64,000 nucleotides of DNA from an uncultured Fidelibacterota bacterium. Lineage in GTDB: Bacteria; Fidelibacterota; UBA8477; JABMPR01. This document shows positions 1 to 9,078 of this stretch, piece by piece; the first letter of the stretch is position 1; every line of letters begins with the position of its first letter. The stretch is taken from positions 1,689-65,688 of the forward strand of contig CALBFA010000041.1 in assembly GCA_937888365.1 (NCBI GenBank). Direction: 5' to 3'. The translations under genes were made by a program, and so were the position numbers. Under the pieces are notes generated by a model that saw only the letters and a program-made list of their open reading frames with translations, did no database searches and had not been told where the DNA came from.

Positions 1-14
1 CGACAGTTTTTTAT

Positions 15-1121
15 ATGGATGCTCTTTCTACAGTATGGGATGCTAATACTCTATCATACTATTCAGACCCTTTAGATAATTGGATAACAACAGAGTTTCA
101 AAATTTGTCTTATGAAGCGATAAATGGTGATTTCATATCGCCAGAGGGTTTTACAAATAGTATTTCAGCAGCTGGAGGCAATTCAGAGATATTTGGGTAT
201 GGCCTGTATAAATTGTCAGTTGAAGATGGTACTGACTTCATCTGTCTTGACTTTAGAGATGATAGACTTAGTTACTATGGTGACTTTGGTCCTGTCAACG
301 GTCATTTTATAGACATTTGGATTAAATATGTAGTGATTTCTGGCGCACCAAATGAGTTCAGGGTTCATAACTCCGGCTCAAATTATTCAACTGGCTGGAT
401 TGATATTCCATTATATAGCACAGTAGGATTGTGGGAACTTAAAGGTGTGGGTGATGCATTAACTGATAAATTTCAACCCACAGACCCGAGCAATTTACAA
501 ATAAGCACATCCAATGCATTTCATCCTCTATTAACATGGACCGCAAGTGCCGAACCTGCAAGTGTGGCTAAGTATGATATATACCGTTCAAGTGGAGGTT
601 CAACTTACTATAAAATTGCTTCTAATTTGTACGCAACCAGTTATGAAGATGAAGCTATTATTAAAACTAAGTTCGGTAGTCAAACATACTATTATAAAGT
701 AAGAGCTGTTTCGGGAGATGGATTAATTGAATCAAATGGCTATACGAATATATCCACATTTTCTGGCGTGCTATCAGGAGGAGGTACGAGTAAAGTTGTT
801 GTCCATGATAACCTGACTTCAATTCCGTCACAATTTGTTTTAGGAAATGCTTATCCAAATCCATTTAATCCTACTGTTAATTTAGATTATCAGCTTCCCA
901 ATGAATCACGCGTTAGTTTGTGTGTTTATAATGTTTCAGGCGAAATTGTTTATGTTGTCAATAAGGAACAAAACGAAGGGGATTATGCTTTCCATTGGAA
1001 CGGTCATGATAATCAGGGCGATTCAATGCCCGGAGGCATTTATTTGGTTGATTTTTCTGCTACCAATAAAGAAACGGGTCATACATTCCATGAAACCCAT
1101 AAAGTTGTTTATCTAAAATAG
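15..1121 (+). CDS. Secreted protein with fibronectin III-like domain and C-terminal T9SS-type-A/FlgD-Ig-like sorting domain; probably 5'-truncated by the window edge
   Basis: FN3-like LTW...YDIYRS...YYYKVRAV; C-terminal NAYPNPFNP...WNG.D..G..MPGGIY...KVVYLK; frame is open back to the window start and no signal peptide is seen. Confidence 0.75.
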   Translation: MDALSTVWDANTLSYYSDPLDNWITTEFQNLSYEAINGDFISPEGFTNSISAAGGNSEIFGYGLYKLSVEDGTDFICLDFRDDRLSYYGDFGPVNGHFIDIWIKYVVISGAPNEFRVHNSGSNYSTGWIDIPLYSTVGLWELKGVGDALTDKFQPTDPSNLQISTSNAFHPLLTWTASAEPASVAKYDIYRSSGGSTYYKIASNLYATSYEDEAIIKTKFGSQTYYYKVRAVSGDGLIESNGYTNISTFSGVLSGGGTSKVVVHDNLTSIPSQFVLGNAYPNPFNPTVNLDYQLPNESRVSLCVYNVSGEIVYVVNKEQNEGDYAFHWNGHDNQGDSMPGGIYLVDFSATNKETGHTFHETHKVVYLK

Positions 1122-1143
1122 AATTAAATATAAACGAATACCT

Positions 1144-1173
1144 AAAAGCCATCTCAATTGAGGTGGCTTTTTT
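1144..1173 (+). terminator. Rho-independent terminator
   Basis: aaaagccatctc-aatt-gaggtggctttttt hairpin plus T tract. Confidence 0.8.
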
Positions 1174-1336
1174 ATTATCTGTGAATATCAGTACGAATCA
1201 TTGCTTAAATGACGGTTTACATTTCAAAGGTCTTGATTTCAAAATTCACCATTTTTAAAGGCCATATATCTTCTATATTGCAGGGCTTTGAAATCATCAG
1301 AAAACATAGTAGAAATCAATTATGGAGCTGACGTTA

Positions 1337-2821
1337 ATGTCTAAAACCCCCGCATTAAAAGGACTCGAACTTTATCGCAAGATTAGGAATGAGTTCATTG
1401 GTTTAAATACGAAATATTTGCTCGCAAATGGCGAAACGAAAAAACGTATTTATTTAGATTCTACCGCAAGCACACTTATGATGAAGCCTGCTTTTGATAT
1501 TATGGAAAAGTTTCTTCATCACTATGCAAATACCCATTCCGAGATGCATTTCGATGCTAAAATTTCGTCTCGGGAATATCAATGGGTTCATGACAAAATA
1601 TTGAGCTTTTTAAATGCCGACCCAAATGTTTATACTTGCTTTTTTACAGGGAGCGGAACGACTGCCGCCGTTAATCGCATGGCACGCGTGTTTAGAGATA
1701 TTCGACCTGAAAAAGATGTCGCTATTGTGTCGATTATGGAACATCATTCCAATGATTTGCCCCATCGAAAACACATGAAAGAGGTCGTTCACGTCCCTGT
1801 TGAATTTAATGAAAATCAGATGCTTTGCGTCAGTTTGCCTCTCATGGAAGCAGAGTTAAAAAAATATGGAGACCGCGTCAATTATGTTGCCGTGACAGGT
1901 GTTTCGAATGTGACGGGCATTATTAATCCATTAAAAAAGATTGCCAAACTTGCTCATAAGTATGGTGCTTTGATTTTGGTTGATGGCGCTCAGACCGCTG
2001 CTCACCTTCCTATCGAAATTTCGAATCAAGACGACCCCGAAGCCTCATTTGACGCTTTTGTATTCTCGGGTCACAAAACCTATGTCCCAGGCTCACCAGG
2101 TGTTGTTGTCGCCAAAAAAGCTCATTTATTAGCCATCGAACCCGAAGAAGTTGGCGGCGGCATGGTGAAAGAAGTTTTTGAAACCGAGTATGAAGTCAAA
2201 ACTGAATTCCCCGACAGGGAAGAAGCTGGAACGCCAAATATTCTTGGAGCCATAGGTTTAGGCGCTGTTATTGATGTCTTAGATCGCATCGGTATGGATG
2301 TCCTCGAAGCGGAAGAAGATAAGATAATGGCGTACGCGCTGGAAAAAATGAATGAAGTCGAAGGGCTTGTCATCTATGGCTCAACTTGTATGAAAACCTG
2401 TCCAAGAGCGGCTTCAATTTCATTTAATTTGCGAGATATTGATCATGGTTTAGTCGCAGGTGTTTTGAATGATTATTTTAATATCGCCGTTCGTAATCAA
2501 TGCTTTTGTGCTCATCCTTATGTAAAAGAAATGCTCGTCGCGGATATGAAATTGAATTCAACATTTACCGATATTAAGGAATTAAAATTTTCACTGGGTC
2601 TCAAAAAAGGTATGGTTCGTGCCAGTTTGGGTTTATATAACACACGGGAAGACGTTGACGCACTCGTTGCAGCACTTGACCATATTACAAAAAATATAGA
2701 ATTTTATCAATCCCAGTATATCGTTAACGAAAATGAAACGTATGTACATAAAACATTTTATTTTGACCATAAAACAAGGTTTTCCATATCAGGAGCTTTG
2801 GATGACATGTTCAAAAAATAA
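1337..2821 (+). CDS. Class V PLP-dependent aminotransferase / cysteine desulfurase-like
   Basis: YLDSTAS, MEHHSN, VDGAQ, SGHK (PLP Lys), EAGTPN, RNQCFCAHPY; start chosen after GGAG (ORF track start 1322). Confidence 0.85.
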   Translation: MSKTPALKGLELYRKIRNEFIGLNTKYLLANGETKKRIYLDSTASTLMMKPAFDIMEKFLHHYANTHSEMHFDAKISSREYQWVHDKILSFLNADPNVYTCFFTGSGTTAAVNRMARVFRDIRPEKDVAIVSIMEHHSNDLPHRKHMKEVVHVPVEFNENQMLCVSLPLMEAELKKYGDRVNYVAVTGVSNVTGIINPLKKIAKLAHKYGALILVDGAQTAAHLPIEISNQDDPEASFDAFVFSGHKTYVPGSPGVVVAKKAHLLAIEPEEVGGGMVKEVFETEYEVKTEFPDREEAGTPNILGAIGLGAVIDVLDRIGMDVLEAEEDKIMAYALEKMNEVEGLVIYGSTCMKTCPRAASISFNLRDIDHGLVAGVLNDYFNIAVRNQCFCAHPYVKEMLVADMKLNSTFTDIKELKFSLGLKKGMVRASLGLYNTREDVDALVAALDHITKNIEFYQSQYIVNENETYVHKTFYFDHKTRFSISGALDDMFKK

Positions 2822-2843
2822 AGTGAACACCGAAAGGAAAGAA

Positions 2844-4052
2844 ATGTTTAAGAAAATTTTAGTTGGAAGCTTAATGCTTATTTTCATAATGGGCGTTTAT
2901 AATTGTGGTCAAAAAGAAGAAATTTCAGAAGCTCGTTTTCTTGTTTTATCGGATACGGTGATGCAAAAAATGGACTTCAAAGTCTGGGAACCTCTCGCAT
3001 TTGAGCTATCTAAAAATTACCCTGAAAAAGATATGACGGTCATGGTTATGCTCCAAGGTGTCGAGCAATCTATTGCCGAAGGCGATGACGAAACCGTGGA
3101 AAAGTGGACGAATCTAGTCCTGAATTATCCTGAAACGGAGATACTCAGCTTAGAAGATAGAGCTGCATTTGCAAATCGTATTGCATGGCGACTCAACGAA
3201 GCAGCTCGCTTGCCAGAACTCGGGATAAAAATGGCGAAACAAGCTGTTGATGTCTTTTTAAAAGTGGATGCGACAATTGAACACTATGGTGAAATGGGCG
3301 CAATGATTTATGATACCTACGGCGTTTTCCTTCTCGAAATGAAAGATTCTACAGCATCACTTGATGCCTTTGGCAAATCGATGGATTATTACGAATTCCC
3401 TGAGACCGTAACGCGTTTAGCTGCTTTATTTGACGAAATGGGCAATAAAGACAAAGCCTTAGAAAATTATACACGCGCTTGGGCATTAAATCCAAGCAAT
3501 ATCGAACTTTCTTTCCGAATCAAAGAGCTTTATGGCGAACTTAATCCAAGTGAAAATGCTGAAACCTATATCTCGGATTTGCATGAAAGTTTCTTGGAAG
3601 GTAAAAAAGAAGAAATTATAACAGGACAAACTTCAATGCCATCACCCGATTTCAAACTCGTGGATTTTAATGGAAAAACGTACTCGAAAGCTGAACTAGC
3701 AGGCAAAGTCATTTTTGTTGATTTCTGGGCAACATGGTGTGGACCCTGTCGTCGCGAATTGCCGGAGTATCAAAAGCTTTTTGATCTGCATAAAGATTCA
3801 GGGAAAGTCATATTCTTAGCCGTATCAACGGATCAAGATAGATTAAAAGTAGCACCTTTTATTGCCGAACAAAAATTCACGTTTCCTGTTGCCCATAATC
3901 CTAATCTGGCTGGTGAATTTGGTGTAGAAGGAATCCCATCATTATTTATTCTCGACACGCAAGGCAATATTGCCTACTCCATTGTTGGATATGATCCAAA
4001 CTCCGATTTTGTCCAAGAAATGACATGGCGAATTGAAAGCCTTATTGATTAA
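2844..4052 (+). CDS. TPR-containing TlpA/ResA-family thiol-disulfide oxidoreductase, probable lipoprotein
   Basis: Signal peptide MFKKILVG...NC; TPR-like helices; DFWATWCGPC and GIP cis-Pro motif. Confidence 0.85.
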   Translation: MFKKILVGSLMLIFIMGVYNCGQKEEISEARFLVLSDTVMQKMDFKVWEPLAFELSKNYPEKDMTVMVMLQGVEQSIAEGDDETVEKWTNLVLNYPETEILSLEDRAAFANRIAWRLNEAARLPELGIKMAKQAVDVFLKVDATIEHYGEMGAMIYDTYGVFLLEMKDSTASLDAFGKSMDYYEFPETVTRLAALFDEMGNKDKALENYTRAWALNPSNIELSFRIKELYGELNPSENAETYISDLHESFLEGKKEEIITGQTSMPSPDFKLVDFNGKTYSKAELAGKVIFVDFWATWCGPCRRELPEYQKLFDLHKDSGKVIFLAVSTDQDRLKVAPFIAEQKFTFPVAHNPNLAGEFGVEGIPSLFILDTQGNIAYSIVGYDPNSDFVQEMTWRIESLID

Positions 4053-4105
4053 TAATGTTAAAAGTTGAAAATCTAGAGTTCTGGATTGATTAAAGACCAA
4101 TTTTA

Positions 4106-4161
4106 TTCCTCTCCATTTTTAAGAGGGGTACCCCGACGCTATGGGTCGGGACGGGATGGTT
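4106..4161. repeat. Composite intergenic palindromic element containing a CCCGAC-N7-GTCGGGA hairpin
   Basis: cctctc/gagggg stem (4108-4128), then cccgac-gctatgg-gtcggga (4132-4151); near-identical hairpin at 59669-59688. Confidence 0.6.
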
Positions 4162-4233
4162 CATACCCTGAGTTTAATATTCTAGCGAAATTTAAACCCA
4201 AAAATTGATTAAAAGCGAAGAGGAGAGACTAAC

Positions 4234-5553
4234 ATGAAGCGAATCTTTATCATCACACTGATATTTTCTTTAAGTTTAAGTGTTGCTCAAGAGGAGTCCA
4301 AAACAGGTTGGAGCTTTGGTGCCTTGCCAGCAATCGCCTATGATTCTGACGCAGGTTGGACGTACGGCGCGCTGGGAAATATTTATAATTACGGTGATGG
4401 TGCATATTATCCAGACTATCTTTATTCTATATATGCTGAAATCTCAAGAACGACAAAGGGTGGAGGCATCAATAAACTCTTTTTTGACTCCAAATATTTG
4501 CTGCCTGCGGATATTCGTATCACTTCGGAATTGAGCCTTTTAACGGAATCAACCTTACCATTTTATGGTTTTAATGGTTACGAGGCGCAATACAATCCCA
4601 GTTATGAAATCTCTGATACAACGGACGAGAACTACGATGCGAATTTATATCGGACACGGGTTTATTATCGACATCGTCGTGACATGACAAAATTTACCGC
4701 CGACTTTTTAAAGAATATGGGTGATATGCCCATTAAGGGTGTTGTTGGTTTAAGCTATATTAATGTGGATGTCGGTCCCGTAAATATTGAGGATATAAAC
4801 AAAGGTAATACAGAGGATTTGCTGCCCGATTCCGTCAATACGCTTTACGATAACTATGTCGTATATGGTTTAATCTCTAGTGATGAAATGGACGGCGGAA
4901 AAGCAAATTATTTAAAATTTGGACTGGTTTATGATACACGTGACCAAGAAGCGAATCCAATGAAAGGCATGTGGACAGAAATTTTATTGATGGCTTATCC
5001 CAGTTTTCTTGGCAATGAGTCAGCATATACTTTGGCGACAATGACACATCGGCAATACTTTACGATGAAAAAAGACATTTTGAGCATTGCAACTCGATTT
5101 GCAGTACAGCAAGTGATTTCAGGTAATATACCTTTCTACAATATGCCTTATTTGCAGAGTTCTTTCAAACCTCAAGAAGGTTTAGGCGGGTCAAAAACGG
5201 TTCGTGGCTTGCTAAAAAATCGAGTCGTCGGTGACGGATTTGCCTTATTTAATTTAGAAGCACGCTGGAAATTCCTCCGCACAAAAGTTGCAGGACAAAA
5301 TCTCTATCTCGCGTTTAATGGTTTTGTGGACGGCGGCTATGTCTATGATAATCATCCATATGATAATGCGTCTTACTATCATATTTATTCAGATGGCTCT
5401 GAAATGGAAAAGGAAGCGCTGCATTTATCCTACGGTGGTGGTTTCCGCGTCGCGCTGAATCAAAACTTTATTGTCGCAGCCGATATGGGGTTCGCGAAAG
5501 ACGAACGTGATGGTAACAGTGGGCTTTATATAGGATTGGGATACCTTTTTTAA
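4234..5553 (+). CDS. Omp85/BamA-TamA family outer-membrane beta-barrel protein
   Basis: Signal peptide, YDTRD...P.KG, LGG..TVRG motif, C-terminal GLGYLF. Confidence 0.8.
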   Translation: MKRIFIITLIFSLSLSVAQEESKTGWSFGALPAIAYDSDAGWTYGALGNIYNYGDGAYYPDYLYSIYAEISRTTKGGGINKLFFDSKYLLPADIRITSELSLLTESTLPFYGFNGYEAQYNPSYEISDTTDENYDANLYRTRVYYRHRRDMTKFTADFLKNMGDMPIKGVVGLSYINVDVGPVNIEDINKGNTEDLLPDSVNTLYDNYVVYGLISSDEMDGGKANYLKFGLVYDTRDQEANPMKGMWTEILLMAYPSFLGNESAYTLATMTHRQYFTMKKDILSIATRFAVQQVISGNIPFYNMPYLQSSFKPQEGLGGSKTVRGLLKNRVVGDGFALFNLEARWKFLRTKVAGQNLYLAFNGFVDGGYVYDNHPYDNASYYHIYSDGSEMEKEALHLSYGGGFRVALNQNFIVAADMGFAKDERDGNSGLYIGLGYLF

Positions 5554-5555
5554 GA

Positions 5556-5620
5556 TAAAAACTAAAAGATAAAAACTAAAAACTAATTAATTAAGAGATA
5601 AAAGATAAAAACTTAAGAAC
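5556..5620 (+). repeat. Heptamer tandem array (TAAAAAC/TAAAAGA) upstream of four-helix-bundle gene
   Basis: taaaaac taaaaga taaaaac taaaaac taattaat taagaga taaaaga taaaaac. Confidence 0.75.
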
Positions 5621-5977
5621 ATGTCGAAGAGCATTTTGAAAGATAAGAGTTACCAATTTGCAATTAGGATTGTAAAGCTTTCACAATACTTGACTAGTAT
5701 AAAAAAAGAGTTTGTTATAAGTAAACAAACATTGAGAAGCGGAACCGCAATTGGCGCTCTAATAAGAGAAGCAGAGTTTGCTCAAAGTAATTCTGACTAC
5801 ATCCATAAGTTTAGTATCGCACTAAAAGAAGCAAATGAAACTGGTTACTGGTTAGATTTATTAAAAGATACTGATTTTATTGATGTTACATTGTATGATG
5901 GTTTGTGCTGTGAATCCAAAGAGTTGGTTGCCATGCTTGTTTCAACAATTAAAACACTGAAAAACAAGAACTTATAG
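5621..5977 (+). CDS. Four helix bundle protein (23S rRNA IVS-protein / Avd-like family)
   Basis: KSYQFAIRIVKL...SKQTLRSGTAIGALIREA..AQS..DYIHK.SIALKEANETGYWLDLL family pattern. Confidence 0.9.
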   Translation: MSKSILKDKSYQFAIRIVKLSQYLTSIKKEFVISKQTLRSGTAIGALIREAEFAQSNSDYIHKFSIALKEANETGYWLDLLKDTDFIDVTLYDGLCCESKELVAMLVSTIKTLKNKNL

Positions 5978-5999
5978 TTTTTAGCTTTAAGTTTATAGT
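5972..5999 (-). repeat. Inverted heptamer array downstream of four-helix-bundle gene
   Basis: ttatagt ttttagc tttaagt ttatagt, the reverse complement of ACTAAAA-like units. Confidence 0.65.
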
Positions 6000-6014
6000 T
6001 TGAATAAGGATTAT

Positions 6015-7658
6015 ATGACTCAAATAGGCAGAAAACTCGACAAACTCCCTGCTAAACAAATTAGCAAGGCATCAGAATACATGAAAGATCTCATTGAGAA
6101 ATTTGATGACGAGCGCAAGTCCTTGCGAAGAGGTGGTGGTGAAAAAGCCATCAATCGCCAACATCAAAAAAATCGTTTAACGGCTAGAGAACGTGTCCAT
6201 AAACTCATTGATGCCAATTCTGAGTTTTTTGAATTAGGTCTTTTTGCCGCATGGGGAATGTATAAAGAATACGGCACACCTCCAGGTGCTGGAGTGGTTG
6301 CGGGCATTGGTAAAATCCAAGGACGAGACGTTGCGATAATCGCCAACGACGCCACCGTGAAAGCCGGTGCATCTTTCGAAGTGAGCTTAAAAAAGACATT
6401 GCGCGTTCAACAAATTGCTTTGGAAAATCATATCCCCGTTGTCTATATGGTGGACTCTGCGGGCGTGTTTTTGCCATTGCAAGACCAAGTCTTTCCCGAC
6501 GAAAATCATTACGGCAGAATATTTTATAATAATGCACGACTCTCGGCTCTTGGCGTTCCGCAAATTGCATCCGTCATGGGACCTTGTGTCGCGGGGGGAG
6601 CCTATTTGCCCGTCATGTGCGATAAATTCATTATGGTGGAAGGTGCATCCATGTTTCTTGCAGGACCTGCTTTGGTTAAAGCCGCCATTGGCCAGGAAAC
6701 AGACATCGAAACCCTGGGAGGAGCTGTGACGCATAACGCGATTTCGGGGACGGCTGATTATCATGAGCCCAATGATATGGCCGCCATCGAACGCATCAAA
6801 AAATTAATTGGAAATTTGCCGCCTGCACAAAAAGCACCGTTCAATAAGGTGGAAATGAAAAAGGCGTTGTTTCCCGAATCGGACTTAAATGCTATTATTC
6901 CCAATGATGGCTCTCCGTTTGACATGAAGGAAATTATCGCACGTTTTGTGGATAGAAGCGAGTTTGACGAATATAAAGCGACGTACGGCAAAACTATAAT
7001 TTGTGGTCATGCTCGCGTCGGTGGTTTCAAAGTAGGGATTGTATCGAATCAAAAATTAATCGAGAAAACAGAGACAGGTGAAATGCAAATGGGTGGTGTT
7101 ATCTATAATGAATCTGCCGACAAAGCCGCTCGATTTATTATGAATTGCAATCAAGACGGTATTCCCCTTATTTTTATCCATGATGTCAACGGATTTATGG
7201 TTGGGAAAGAAGCCGAATGGGCAGGTATCGCAAAAGACGGTGCCAAGATGGTCCAAGCCGTGGCGAATTCGGTGGTTCCAAAAATCACGCTCGTTGTGGG
7301 TGGGAGTTACGGAGCAGGGAATTACGCATTGAGTGGTCGGGCGTATTCGCCACGTTTTATGTTCGCATGGCCTTCTGCTAAAATAGCCGTCATGGGTGGC
7401 GCTCAAGCTGCCAACACATTAGCAGAAATACGCATGGCAAAAGAAAAGAACCCAACGCCTGAAAAACGCAAAGCAATCGTGGATGAGATAAAAGCTATTT
7501 ACGATTTACAAAGCGATCCACGATATGCAGCGGCTCGAATTTGGATTGACGAAATAATCAATCCAGAAGACACGCGACAAACGTTGATTCGTGCCCTCGA
7601 AGTATGTGAAAATCAACCTAAAATGCCTGCACCAAATTTTGGTGTGTTACAGGTTTAA
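6015..7658 (+). CDS. Acyl-CoA carboxylase carboxyltransferase subunit (methylcrotonyl-CoA carboxylase beta-like)
   Basis: LTARER, ANDATVKAG, GPCVAGGAY, FLAGPALVKAA, GSYGAGNY; start after AAGGA. Confidence 0.9.
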   Translation: MTQIGRKLDKLPAKQISKASEYMKDLIEKFDDERKSLRRGGGEKAINRQHQKNRLTARERVHKLIDANSEFFELGLFAAWGMYKEYGTPPGAGVVAGIGKIQGRDVAIIANDATVKAGASFEVSLKKTLRVQQIALENHIPVVYMVDSAGVFLPLQDQVFPDENHYGRIFYNNARLSALGVPQIASVMGPCVAGGAYLPVMCDKFIMVEGASMFLAGPALVKAAIGQETDIETLGGAVTHNAISGTADYHEPNDMAAIERIKKLIGNLPPAQKAPFNKVEMKKALFPESDLNAIIPNDGSPFDMKEIIARFVDRSEFDEYKATYGKTIICGHARVGGFKVGIVSNQKLIEKTETGEMQMGGVIYNESADKAARFIMNCNQDGIPLIFIHDVNGFMVGKEAEWAGIAKDGAKMVQAVANSVVPKITLVVGGSYGAGNYALSGRAYSPRFMFAWPSAKIAVMGGAQAANTLAEIRMAKEKNPTPEKRKAIVDEIKAIYDLQSDPRYAAARIWIDEIINPEDTRQTLIRALEVCENQPKMPAPNFGVLQV

Positions 7659-7660
7659 GG
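7608..7660 (+). repeat. 53-bp direct repeat copy 1 (3' end of carboxyltransferase gene)
   Basis: gaaaatcaacctaaaatgcctgcaccaaattttggtgtgttacaggtttaagg; 50/53 identical to 9079-9131. Confidence 0.9.
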
Positions 7661-7675
7661 TAATATTAAAAAAAC

Positions 7676-9076
7676 ATGCTGTTGACTCCTCAAGATATTA
7701 AAAACATTGTTCGATTTGGTGAAGGTCAAAATGTTGAGTTTAAATTGCATATTCCGTCAAAAGTGCGGGATTTAGCGATCGAGATATGTGCTTTTGCTAA
7801 TGCTTCAGGTGGTACTATTCTTTTAGGAATTGATGATAAAAATGCCATAAAAGGCATTGAGATTGACAATAATAAACGTTCAGCTATTCAAGATGTGATG
7901 AACTTACTAAATCCGCAATTATCTTGTCCTTTTTATTTTGTTGACGTAGATGGTTGTATCGTTGGTGTTGTTGACGTCCCTTCTGGACTACAGAAACCAT
8001 ACGCCGTATCTGGAGCAATCTATATGCGACAAGGAGCAAACACACAAAAAATAACCCTCGTCGAACAGATGAGAGATTTATTTCAACAGTCAGGACGCGT
8101 TTATTTTGATAGTGGTAGTTGTAACTCTTTTTTCATAGATACTGATTTTGATGATGATTATTTTAAAGAATTTAGAAAAGTTGCTGGATTTACACCTGAA
8201 ATAGAAAAAATACAAATTATTAAAAATTTAAAGCTAGTTGATATAAAAAACGTTGTTAAAAATGCGTGTGTGCTGTTTTTTGGTAAAAAACCTGAGCAAT
8301 TTTTTGACAAAGCCGTAATCCGTTGTATTGCCTTTGAAGGATTTGATAAAGTTCAAATAATTGACGACAAAATTTGGGGTGGTCCACTTATAATTCAATA
8401 CCGTGACACATTGAAGTGGCTAAAAACAAAATTAAATGTACGTTATCTCATAGAAGGAAGTGGCCCACGCAAAGAACAATGGGAAATACCTGATGTAGCT
8501 ATTAAAGAGTCATTAATAAATGCGCTTTCCCACCGTGACTATTACGATGAAGGTGGCCGAATTATGGTCGAACTATTTAATGACCGACTAGAAATAACGA
8601 ATCCTGGCGGATTAGTGAATGCAATCTCCATTCATGAATTTGGGAAGAAAAGTTCAAGTAGAAACCCTTTGATATTTGATCTGTTTCAACGAATTAACAT
8701 GGTTGAGCAAGTTGGATCTGGTATTAATCGCATAAAAAAAGCTATAGCCGAAGCAGATTTACCTAAGCCTATTTTTAAAACTAAGGGATTGTTTACCGTA
8801 GTTTTTACACGCGCCTCTTTGTCTGAACAAGATAAAACTACAGTGAAAACTACAGTGAAAACTACAGTGAAAACTACAGTGAAAATTCTTGAGTTAATAC
8901 AAAATGATAAAAAAATGACTCGCCAAATGCTAGCTAAAATCTTGGGGATGACAGTTGGTGGCGTTGACTGGAATCTTAAAAAATTAAAACAAGCTGGACA
9001 GCTTAAACGCATCGGCCCTGATAAAGGTGGTTACTGGGAAATAATAGAAGATGAATCAGAAAACAATAACAACTAA
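7676..9076 (+). CDS. Schlafen/AlbA_2 domain + ATP-binding (RecG C-terminal-like) + wHTH protein
   Basis: GEGQNVEFK...ICAFANASGGTILLGIDD; ESLINALSHRDY...NPGG...RNP...EQVGSGI; C-terminal HTH RIGPDKGGYW. Confidence 0.85.
   Translation: MLLTPQDIKNIVRFGEGQNVEFKLHIPSKVRDLAIEICAFANASGGTILLGIDDKNAIKGIEIDNNKRSAIQDVMNLLNPQLSCPFYFVDVDGCIVGVVDVPSGLQKPYAVSGAIYMRQGANTQKITLVEQMRDLFQQSGRVYFDSGSCNSFFIDTDFDDDYFKEFRKVAGFTPEIEKIQIIKNLKLVDIKNVVKNACVLFFGKKPEQFFDKAVIRCIAFEGFDKVQIIDDKIWGGPLIIQYRDTLKWLKTKLNVRYLIEGSGPRKEQWEIPDVAIKESLINALSHRDYYDEGGRIMVELFNDRLEITNPGGLVNAISIHEFGKKSSSRNPLIFDLFQRINMVEQVGSGINRIKKAIAEADLPKPIFKTKGLFTVVFTRASLSEQDKTTVKTTVKTTVKTTVKILELIQNDKKMTRQMLAKILGMTVGGVDWNLKKLKQAGQLKRIGPDKGGYWEIIEDESENNNN
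8834..8885 (+). repeat. In-frame 12-bp tandem repeat (AAAACTACAGTG x4) encoding KTTV x4
   Basis: Four perfect copies plus a partial copy read directly. Confidence 0.95.
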
Positions 9077-9078
9077 TG

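Noticed and set aside
1234..1296. 10-bp inverted repeat tgatttcaaa/tttgaaatca upstream of the desulfurase-like gene
   Set aside because: AT-rich with a 43-nt spacer; cannot be distinguished from chance without comparative data.
5556..5620. Possible CRISPR array (also considered for 8834-8885)
   Set aside because: Contiguous 7-bp and 12-bp units without spacers; no cas genes in the window.
5621..5977. Diversity-generating retroelement suggested by the Avd-like protein
   Set aside because: No reverse transcriptase. The 53-bp repeat pair is short and includes a T/C difference, so it is not a convincing adenine-specific TR/VR pair.
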